A DNA stretch of 64,000 nt from contig NC_087437.1 of NCBI RefSeq assembly GCF_036321535.1, positions 67,830,001-67,894,000 of the forward strand, read 5' to 3'. Made by a program: the position numbers and the translations under genes. This document shows, piece by piece, positions 27,400-37,696 of the stretch (positions within the stretch are counted from its first letter, which is position 1; each line of letters starts with the position of its first letter). The stretch is from Camelus dromedarius. Taxonomy: Eukaryota. A model generated the notes under the pieces. The model was not told the DNA's origin. It was given only the letters and a program-made list of their open reading frames with translations, and searched no databases.

Positions 27400-27590
27400 T
27401 TGTCTTACTTCATCCTCACAACTTCTGTGAGAAAGACAAGGCAGAAGTTATTTTCCTTGCTCTACAGTTTAGGAAGCGGAATATAAGCAAGGTTAGGTGA
27501 CTCATCTAAGAATACACTGGTAGTGCATAGAAGAGTATTCAGCAAAGCACAAATCTTGGGATCCTCATTCCAGAGCTGCTTCTTTGGGCC
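27400..27590 (-). mobile_element. MIR SINE
   Basis: 'ttcatcctcacaacttctgtgag...ctacagtttaggaagc...aggttaggtgactcatctaag'. Confidence 0.65.
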
Positions 27591-27788
27591 AGTGGTTTTA
27601 AAGCTTTAATTTCTTTACACGTTTTTTTTTTTTTACCCACAAATTGATGTCATGACATATAAAATAGACAAAAATAGAAATTGAAAATTGAGTCCAGAGG
27701 GTACAGAGTCTTAATCTGTTCAGCTTCCTCGTTGCTACTCAGATTTGTTGTCCCCTAAGAGTTGTATGGAAGGAACAGATTTTGGATA

Positions 27789-30108
27789 CAAGCATATCTT
27801 GTTTTAGTGTGCTTTGTATTATTGCCCTTTGCAGTTAATTATGTTTTTACAAATTAAAGGTTTATGACAACACTGTTCAGCAAGTTTATCAACTTACTTT
27901 TTTCAGCAGCATTTGCTCACTTCATGTCTCTGTCACATTTTGGTACTTCTCAGAATATTTCAAACCTGTTTCATTATTACTGTATTTGTTATGGTGATCT
28001 GTGATCAGTGTTCTTTGATTTTAATGTAATTGTTTTTTGGTACCACAAACCACACCCATCTAAGACGACAAACTGAATTGATAAATGTGTGTGTTTTGAC
28101 TGCTTCACCACCCAGCTATTCTTCCATTTCTGTTCCTTTCCTCAGGGCTCCCTGTTCTTTAAGACACAAGAATATTGAAATTAGGCCAATTAATAATCCT
28201 GCAGTGACCTCTTAAGTGTTCAAGTGAAAGGAAAGATTGCACATTTCTCACTTTAAATCAAAACATAGAAATGATTAAGCTTAGTGAGAAAGGCATGTCA
28301 GAAGATAGGCCAAAAGCAGGGCTTCTTCTGTCAAACAGTTGGTCAAGTTCTGGATGCAAAGGAAAAGTTCTTGAAGGAAATTGCAAGTGTTAGTCCAGCG
28401 AACACAAGAATGGTAAGAAAGCAAAATAGTCTTATTGCTGATAGAGGTCTGGATGGAAGATCAACCCAGCCACAACAGTTCTTTAAGCAAAAACCTAATC
28501 CAGATCAAAGTCCTAAATCTCTTCAATTCTGTGCTGGCCGAGAGGTGAAAAAGCTCAAAGAAGAAAGTTTGAGTCTAGCAGAGCTTGGTTCATGAGGTTG
28601 AAGGGTAGAGGCCATCTCCACAGCATAAAAGTGCAAGGTAAAGCAGCGAGAGCTGATGCAGAAGTGGTAGTAAGTTAGCTGGAAGATCTAGCTAAGATGA
28701 TAATGTGCCAACACTAAACAGATTTTCATTGTAGATAGAACAGCTTTATATTGGAAGAAGATGCCATCTTAAACTTTCATAGCTCGAGAAGAGAAGTCAA
28801 TACCTGGCTTCAAATGACAGGCTAACTCTCTTGTTAGGGACTAATGTAGCTGGTGACTTACAGTTGAAACTAGTGCTTATTTACCATTCCAAAAATCCTA
28901 GAGCCCCTAAGAATTATGCTAAATCTACTCTAGTGTTCAATAAATGAAACAAAGAAGCCAGGATGACAGCACTGTATGTGTACAGTGTGGTTTGCTGAAT
29001 GGTTTGCCCGCTTTTGAGACCTACTTCTCAGAAAAAGATGTCTTTTGAAGTATTACTGCTCATTAACGATGCACCTGGTCACCCAGCTGCTCTGGTGGAG
29101 ATGAACAACAAGATACATTTTGTTTCCATGTCTGCTAGTACAACATCCATTCTGCGGCTTGTGGATCAAGGTGTAATTTTGACTTTCTTATTATTTAAGA
29201 CTTGTATTTCCTAAGGCTATAGCTACTGTACTGATTCTTGTGGTGGATTTTTGCAAAGTAAATTGAAAACTTCTGGAAAGGATCTGCCCTGTTAGATTCC
29301 TTTATGAATGTTTGTGATTCATAGGAGGTCAAAATATCAGCATTAGCAAGAGTTTTGAAGAAGTTGACTCCAGCCTTCATGGATAATCTTGAAGGGTTCA
29401 AGACTTCAATGAGGACATAACTGCAAGTGTGGTGGAAAGAGCAAGAGAACTAGAATTAGAAGTGGGAGCCTGAAGGTGTTGCTTTAATTGCTGCAGTCTC
29501 AGGATATGACTTTAATGGATGAGCAAAGAATGTGGTTTCTTGAGATATAATCTACTCTTGGCAAAGATGTTGTGAAGATTGTTGAAATGACAAAAAAGGA
29601 TTTCAAATATTATGTAAACCTAGTTGATACAGCAGCAGCAGAGTTTGAGAGGATTGAGTCCAATTTTGAAAAAAGTTCTAAAATGCTATGAAACAGTATT
29701 GCATGCTACAGAGAAATCATTCCAAAAAAGGAAGGGTCAATCAATGTGGCAAACTTCATTTTTACCTTAAGAAATTGCCACAGCCACTCCAACCTTCAGC
29801 AGCCACCACTTTGATCAATCAGCAGCCATCCACGTATAGGCAACACTCTCCATCAGCAAAAAGATTATGACTTGCTGAAGGCTCAGGTGATGGTTAGCAT
29901 TTTTTGACAGTAAAATCTTTTTAAATTAAGGTATGTACATCATTTTTAGACATTATTCTATTGCGCACTTAATAAACTATAGTGTAGTATAAGCATAACT
30001 TTTACATGCACTGGGAAACCAAAAAACTCATGTGACTCACTTTGTTGGGATATTTGCTTTATTGCTGTGGTTTGGAACTGAACCTGTTATATCTCTGAGG
30101 TATGCCTG
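27789..30108 (+). mobile_element. Tigger1 (TcMar-Tigger) DNA transposon, near full length, transposase disabled
   Basis: TA at 27787-27788 and 30109-30110; termini CAAGCATATCTTG and GAGGTATGCCTG; internal transposase remnants (LTLNQNIEMIKLSE, QVLDAKEKFLKEI, VLLLINDAPGHP) broken by stops and frameshifts. Confidence 0.95.
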
Positions 30109-30269
30109 TAATTTCAAATCCCCAAACTTCAAGGAGCCTTAGTACCCAGAATAAATGCATACACATAACAGGATATAGTGATAATACAAAGCTTACTTTA
30201 ACAAGGGGAAATACAAACATAATGTGTAGATAATTAAGAGCTCTTCTGTATAGAAAATGGAAAAGTAAA

Positions 30270-30530
30270 AACAGTTTGGTTTCTTAGAGATTGGCCTTGG
30301 AACCTGTCTTATTTAACATTTTCATAAATGATTTGGAAAAGGGAATGCATGGTGAATTATCCAAGTTTGCAGATGACACTAAGCTCTTCCAGGTAGTTAA
30401 ATGCCAAGCAGATGGAGATAAACTGCAGGGAGAACTTGCCAGCCTGCATGAGTGGGCAGAAAAGTGGTAGATGATATTCAGTGTGGGCAATGAAAGGTAA
30501 TTCACTTAGGAAAAAATAATAAAAAGCTAT
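30270..30530 (+). mobile_element. CR1/L3 LINE reverse-transcriptase fragment
   Basis: 30288-30467 translates RLALEPVLFNIFINDLEKGMHGELSKFADDTKLFQVVKCQADGDKLQGELASLHEWAEKW, the CR1 RT motif region (PVLFNIFINDL...KFADDTKL). Confidence 0.9.
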
Positions 30531-30904
30531 ATTTAGAGAAAAATAAATTAAGTTATCTGTTCGTCTTATAAAAGATACAGACTTTCTATAGACCATTCTT
30601 TGAGATAACCTTTGATTACATTGACAAAGAAGAGAATTGAAAATAAACATACAGAAACATTAATCTTGAGTTAAATGGTGTTTCATAATATGGGATATTT
30701 AGTCCATTTGTCAAACAATGCTAATTGAGTGCCCAGCATGTCGGGCTCTCTTCTGGGCATTGAAGTTTGTTTGGTCATTGCATCTCAAAAGAAAAACAGA
30801 CAAAAATCTATAAAATATTTAGAGAAGGACAATGAGGATAGATTACAAATTAGGTAGCAAGCATCAGACCTTAAAAGAGACACAAATGTGTTTATACTAT
30901 TTTT

Positions 30905-31110
30905 TGAATATTCTAATGCTCTTATTTCATTGGGTATTACAATCGCCTACGAGGTAAAAGGTGAAGAAATTTTTTTCTAGTAGTTTTACAGATGAGGACT
31001 CAGGGTAAGGCAATTTAAATGGCTTTCTTAAATTTATAAAATAATGAAAGGTGAAGATTCAAGCATGGGTTTTCTGACATCAAGTTTTGTTCCTTTGCCA
31101 TAGCACCACA
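30905..31110 (-). mobile_element. MIR SINE
   Basis: 'gttttacagatgaggactcaggg...gattcaagcatgggttttctgacatcaag'. Confidence 0.65.
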
Positions 31111-31141
31111 GAGCTTCTTTAATTATCAAGAAGTGAATTAA

Positions 31142-31570
31142 GCCTTCCCACACTGTTGGTAGGAATGTAAATTGGTGCAGTCACTATGGAGGACAGTATG
31201 GAGGTTTCTTAAAAAACCTGAAATAGGCTTACTATATGATCCAGCAGTTCTACTCTTGGACATATATCTGGAAAAAACTATAATTCAAAAAGACACATGT
31301 ACTCCAGTGCCCACAGCAGCACTATTTATAATAGCCAAGACATGGAAACAACCTAAATGTCCATCAACAGGTGACTGGATAAAGATGTGGGGTGTGTGTG
31401 TATATAATGACATATTACTCATCCATTAAAAAAGAATGAAATAATGCCATTTCAGCAATGTGGAGTGGATGGACCTAGAGATTATCATAATTGAGTAAAG
31501 TAAGTCAGACAGAGAAAGACAAATATCCTATGATATCACTTATGTAGAATCTAAAAAAAAAAATGATACC
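31142..31570 (+). mobile_element. L1 ORF2 C-terminus and start of 3' UTR
   Basis: ORF 31172-31429 ([17 protein letters not shown]...AALFIIAKTWKQPKCPS) is the L1 ORF2 C-terminal segment. Confidence 0.92.
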
Positions 31571-31574
31571 AAGT

Positions 31575-31850
31575 GCAGGTCAAATAGCACCTTAGGACTC
31601 CATTATAAAGGCAGAAGCAAAGAAACCAACATACTGCTCAGAGTACCCAGTAAAGATGTAGAGCACCTGTCTATTTCCTGGCTAGCATTCTGCATGAATG
31701 TTGCATAGTCAGAATATTGAAGCTATGCGTTTTGGCCACTAACGAGTGAAGGATCTGCAGATCAGAGAAGATTGAGATCAGAAAATCTCAGCAGATAAGA
31801 TAGATGGTGGTTAAGAATCTGGAGTTCAAAGAGAAACTTGGATGCATGAA
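31575..31850 (+). mobile_element. Probable further CR1/L3 fragment
   Basis: 'agtcagaatattgaagctatgcgttttggccact...aaggat...gagaagattgag' resembles the L3 ORF2 3' region; a similar piece lies at 30760-30840. Confidence 0.4.
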
Positions 31851-32422
31851 CCAAGAAATAACCCAGAGACAAAAGCTGATGAGATTAAGAGAAGTGAAAG
31901 CAAGGGGGAAAAAAGTGATGGGAGAGAATGTGGTATCAAGAAAATGGAAAAACAAAATATGACTGAAATAGTCGATTATAGTTATTTTTCCTGTTAATGT
32001 TATTTTGGGTACACATATCATTAAATGTGTGAAATTATTACCTGGAACAATTTAATTATTATGATAGTAACATAAACTTGTATTCAGCATTTCTTTTTTT
32101 AGAGAGTAAACAGATAATTATAAGAAATGTACATGTGCTCTTCAAGCCCTCCAACCTTTCCCTCCATTTGAGTTTGTTTCTACTATGTTGCCCACTGGTA
32201 AGGACAACTTTCCTCTTCCCTTCCCATCCTGTGGCCTCTGCCTTGGTACATTCTTGCTCATGGAATACAGTCCTCCATTAGCCCTAGTTCCTCAAAGCCT
32301 ACCCACCCCTCCACCCCCCAACTGATCCCAGTCACCATAACCTGTTCATTAGTTCATTTATTCATTTTATAAATATTTAGTAAAGATTAGAGATATTAAT
32401 GGAACTGTGCTTATCCGTTCCC

Positions 32423-32432
32423 TATATATGTA

Positions 32433-32480
<48 letters not shown>

Positions 32481-32511
32481 TGTATATATATATATACATA
32501 CTATATATATA
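32423..32511. repeat. (TA)n microsatellite with internal palindrome
   Basis: Directly visible. Confidence 0.95.
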
Positions 32512-33307
32512 GTTCATAAGGTTCTGCAGTGAATTATTTGTGCATTGGTTTGCCACAGTAAAAGTTTGTTGAATGTATTGTAAATTGCTAGAGGGAAGGG
32601 ACCATGCTTTTGAATTTTCTCTGTTGGCTTGTCCATAGTGCTGGAATGTAATGAAACCTTTTGCTTAGTTGATTGCCTAAGACTGAGGTTGTCATTTGGA
32701 AGAGTATATATATATATCTAAATATGTCTATTTTGAAGTAGAGAATAACTATGCATTTTGTTTCTCTGAAGAATCATCTTTTAGTTCGCAAATGAGATTT
32801 CCAAATTTAAAGGATGATCGAAAAAAAGTCTTCAAACAGCTTGATGATACTATTTTCAGTTCTGGAAGAGTTTTGTACCTATTACACTACTATACGAAAA
32901 TTTTTTTCCATGTAAAACTATCTTTCCATTTTAGCTGTTTTCCTGACTTCGCCATGCAAAGCTTCCGACTTAGGTATTCACTTTGCCGTCCGATTAATTT
33001 CTTATATTCAGAACTGCTTTTGGACCTTCATGAATAGGCTTGGACTTTTTCCTAGAAAAATCCTATTGTGTCAAGTGTGTGTCATGAAAACCGGTGTTGG
33101 TCATTTAAAATGTGTAGCCAAGAAACTGTTTACTCTTTTACCCAGGATCATAGCATACTTACAGATAAGACAAAAAGTGAGAGTAAGGACCAGCAAGCTA
33201 TAGAACAATTACGGAGGGTTGTGAAAAGCAAGGAGTAGGGAAGGAATAAGTGGGATCTGAGATGTGAGTGTAAGCATCTGGCCAGAAACAAAACAATGAA
33301 ACAAAAC

Positions 33308-33660
33308 CTTTTTAAAAATTTATTTGACATTATATACTCTTTGATTGAAGTATATTTGATTAACAATATTGCATTTCAGGTGTACAGAAAAGTGATTCTT
33401 TTCCATTACAGAGTAGTACAAAGATATTGAATATAGTTCCCTGGGCTGTACAGTAGATCCTTGTTGTTCATCTGTTTTCTGTGTAGTACTGTGTATCTTC
33501 CAGTACCAAACTCCTAATTTATCCCTCTTTCCTCCCTTTCCCCTTTGATAACCATAGTTGTTTTCTATGTCTGTGAGTCTGTTTCTGTTTTGTAAATAAG
33601 TTCATTTGTATTTTTTTTTTTTTAGATTCTACATATAAGTGATATCACATGATATTTGTA
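33308..33660 (-). mobile_element. L1 3' UTR fragment (artiodactyl-type)
   Basis: Shares 'gatattgaatatagttccctg...ctatgtctgtgagtctgtttctgttttgtaaataagttcattt' with 5407-5805. Confidence 0.85.
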
Positions 33661-33902
33661 AATAAAACCTTATTAACCAGACTGTGTAACAGTAGCCATT
33701 TGGGAGAAGTGTCAGTGATTTGTAGCAAATACCTTGAAGTATGGCAGAAGAATTTAAAATACTTTCTCAGGAGCCTTGCTGACTGTGAGCACACCTCTTG
33801 TCCAGCTGTGTGATGCTGAATTGGCTGTGCTTCTGCTGTATACAGCTCTTCCTGCCATGTAGAGCCACTAAACAAAGTATTTAATTAAACTAGATTAACC
33901 TT

Positions 33903-35305
33903 TTCTTATCAAAGTACAATTGACATACAATATTACTAGTTTCATGTGTGCAACATAGTGATTGAACATTTATATACCTTATGAAGTGATCACTACAATA
34001 AGTCTAGTTACTGTCTGTCACCACACAACATTAGTATATTATTGACTGTGTTACCCATGCTGTACATTACTTCCCTGTGACTTACTTACTTTATTCATGG
34101 AAGTTTGTATCTTTTGATCTCCTTTGCCCATTTTGCCCCCACCCCCAGCAGCCCTCCTCCCCTTTGGCAACCATGAATCTGTTCTCTGTATCTGAGTCTG
34201 GGTTTTGTCTTATTTTGCTTTGTTTCTTAGATTCCTCATATCAGTGAAATCATGTGATATTTATCTGTCTGATTTATTTCACTTAGCATAATATCCTCTA
34301 GATATACATGTTGTCACAAATGGCAGGGTTTTGTTCTTTTTATGGCTGAGTAATACTCCGTTTTTTGTATATATCACATCTTCTTTTTCTATTCATCCAT
34401 AGGTGGGCACTTATGTTGCTTCTGTATCTTGGCTATTGTAAATAATGCTGCAGTGAACATAGGGGTACATAATCTTTTTGAATTAGTGTTCTTGTTTTTT
34501 TTTTTCTTTTGAAAAATACTCAAGTGGAATTTCTGGATCATATGGTAATTCTATTTTTAAATTTTTGAGGAACCTCAAACTGTTTCATAATGGTTGCACC
34601 AATTTACATTCCCACCAGTAGCACACAGAGGTTCCTTTTCTCCACATCCTTGCCAACTTTTGTTATTTGTTGTCATTTTGATAGTAGACATTCTGACAGG
34701 TGCGAGGTGATATCTCATTGTAGTTTTGACTTGCATTTCCCTGATGATTATGTTGAGCATCTTTACATGTGCCTGTTGGCCATCTGTATCTCATCTTTGG
34801 AAAAATGTTTTTTCAGATCCTCTGGCTACTTTTTAATCAGATTTTTTTTAAAGAGTTTGATTTCTTTATATATTTTGGATATTAACCCCTTATCGGATAT
34901 GTGATTTGCATATATCTTCTACCATTCAGTAGGTTGCTTTTTCATTATGTTGATAGTTTCCTTCAATTTTCAGAAGCTTCTTAGTTTGATGTAGTCCCAT
35001 TTGTTAATTTTTGCTTTTGTTGGATTTATTTTTGTAGTCAGATCCACAGAAACATTAAGAACAATGTCAAGGAGCTTACCACCTATGTTTTCTTCTAGTT
35101 TTGTCATTTCAGGCCTTACATTTAAGTGTTTAATCCATTTTAAGTTAATTTCTATATTTGATGTATTTGTATATGGTATGTATAGGGTATTCATTACATT
35201 GCATTTAGCTGTCTAGTTTTCCCAACACCATTTATTGAAGAGACTGTCCTTTCCCCGTCGTACATTTTTGTCTCCTCTGTCATAAATTATTTGACTACAT
35301 ATGTG
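33903..35305 (-). mobile_element. 5'-truncated L1 (L1MA9-like 3' end plus ORF2 C-terminus) with target-site duplication
   Basis: Minus-strand ORFs IIIREMQVKTTMRYHLAPVRM and KWIKHLNVRPE...INKWDYIKLRSF are L1 ORF2; flanking duplication TAAACTAGATTAACCTT (33886-33902) / TAAACTATGTTAACCTT (35306-35322). Confidence 0.93.
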
Positions 35306-36069
35306 TAAACTATGTTAACCTTCATTGATTAGTATAACAACATACCTAGCTACTGTCTTGGTGGAAAACAGAGGCCTGGGAAAAGAATGGAGAGGAAGTT
35401 ACCTTTGGTAACTTCTGGCCAGCCAGAATAGCTGCAAAGCACTGGTCAGAGTATTGGGTCAAGACAAAGGGGCCATGGACAAAGGATGGCCATGGGAAGG
35501 AGTTGTAGGTGGTCCTGGAAGCAATTTTGGACCATTTAACAATTCTGCATGGGGCCAGCACTCATCCACTATTTCTTTGGTCGACTAGCTCAGTAATTGT
35601 GTCAGAAATGTTGTAATATTCTGCTTTGCCTCGGCCCTCAAATTTCACTTTCAAAATCTATCTAATTATTCCCCCTAGCTTGTCCCATGTTCAATAATTC
35701 TACCAGGGGACTCCTTATTTGTAAATGTTCGGTTGTTCTGAGTGTTTTCTTACCAGCCTTTCATCAATAGCTATTTTAGCAGCATCTTCGTTACTTCCTA
35801 ATCATCCATTGCTCTTCGGTTTACTGCAGAAAAAAAAAAAAATCAGTATTTTAGCCATTGTTGAGCAGTCACTTATTTCAAGCCTGCCTATTTATTTAGA
35901 GAATCTATTTTCTCTTACTATTTTATTTGATTCAAAATTTTACATATAGTTAGTTTTCTTATTTTTAATTCCTTTGGCTAGTACTAATGCTTCTATTTTT
36001 TGTGGTCATTATATGCTTTCAGCTGTGAGAAACTGATTCATATTCTTCTACAATAAACTATTGTATCTT

Positions 36070-36350
36070 ACTAAATGCTAAATAATAATACATAATGATG
36101 GTTGCAAGAAAATAGAAGATAGTTTCCTGCCCTTGTAGTGATCACAGTCTAAAAGAGGAAAGAGAAGACAGATTCACATTATGAAAATATGCCTATCATC
36201 AATTAATTACTGCTATACAGAAAATACTGAGTATTCACAGATTTGGTTGGCAGTTATCTTGATGGAGTAATTTTGGTGAGTGGAGGCAGGGAGGTTTACT
36301 TGGGAATACCTTCAGAAGACAAGTGAGTCTTCATGAAAGCAATGGTGAGA
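36070..36350 (-). mobile_element. L2 3' fragment
   Basis: 'agatagtttcctgcccttgtagtgatcacagtcta'. Confidence 0.5.
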
Positions 36351-37562
36351 GGAGGTTAAAACAGAGGATTAGAGTAATAACCTTTGTATATTTGAAAGGG
36401 TCTAAACATTCTGAATCCTAAAGTCATCACCAGGGTATGTGATCTTGGGAAGTAAGAGAAAATGAATTAAAAGTTGTGAGCTTGGATTCAGGGCATATCT
36501 TTCTTTGGTTATTCAAAGAAATCTGAAATATCTGAATCATAAATTAGTGTACAGTTTATTGGATCACATTTTTTGTTCACTGCAGCTGTTCTTTAGGACT
36601 GAGGATAACAAGAGGCTGGATATTTTTCCTGTCTAGAACTTTTTATCATGTTGAGTCTCAGATTGTTGTGTAGAAAAACCTTTACTAAAATGGAGATGAC
36701 AGACACTGGATGATTTTTAACATCAGTACCATATATTTACCTCAAATCTGAATATTTGTACCTAAGTTTTCTGAAGTTTCTGGAAGATGGCTCCACCATA
36801 TCTATTCAACTATGTTTTTAAAATTTCCTTTCAAAACCAATCTGATTTTAGCCCCTGAATATGTTCATTCCTGCAGTTACTCTTCTCCTCTCCATCCTTT
36901 GGAGACATCTGTAGCCTTTATGCCTAAGTTCAAGCCTTTATTCTTGAGTGGCCCTTACTCAGTATTCTGTTGCTTTAAAAATTACTTTATGTAAGAGTTA
37001 TTGCCACTTAGTTTTGTACTTAGTTATGTGATTGTTTTGGTCTTGAATCATCAGTTAAAATATGAGCTGTTTAAAGGCAAGTACCATGGCTTCTTCTAAA
37101 TGCCATCATGACAAATAGTGGGGTAAATTGTAATAGATTTCTAATAAAAGTTTGTGGATTGAACAATTGAAGAATAACAATTCCTACATTTTGTGGAGGT
37201 GAACGGAATCAGGGCAGAGGCATGAGCCTTTCATTGCCTTGTGGATTCTGTAGATAAGGATTTTACTTGCTAGTTAAATGTTAAATCCAAGCTATAGTAT
37301 TGCCATGTTGTTTGGACAATCAGCTTTTTCTTGGTGAACATAAAATGCTAGTCACTTCTAAAATCTCTCCTCACAATGAGGTTCTGTTCATCTCCTGAAG
37401 GCTCATAGCATTGCTTTTTATTGATTCTTGTCTTCAGCACACCAATACTGTTCCCTTGGTATTAAATAATAGCAATGACAGCAACAGATAACGCAGTGAT
37501 CCATTCCTTTTAATGTCACAATACTCTGAAGAGAGATCAATCATTGTCTGACAGCTTACTGG

Positions 37563-37696
37563 TAGGGTGACCACGTAGTTTATCGTTCAGTCCAAGGCAC
37601 TTCTGAGAATGAAAGGGAACTTTATCAATAATTGCACTGGGACCATAGGTATAAACTAGTACTGTCCAAGCCAAGCTAAGACTTACGATCATCCTT
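37563..37696 (+). mobile_element. MER94-like hAT-Blackjack MITE
   Basis: 'tagggtgaccacgtagtttatcgttcag...cacttctgagaatgaaaggg...tacgatcatcctt', about 134 bp with degenerate terminal inverted repeats. Confidence 0.8.

Noticed and set aside
28204..29870. Domesticated transposase gene (TIGD1-like)
   Set aside because: The start codon is lost, there are many stops and frameshifts, and the transposon termini are retained.
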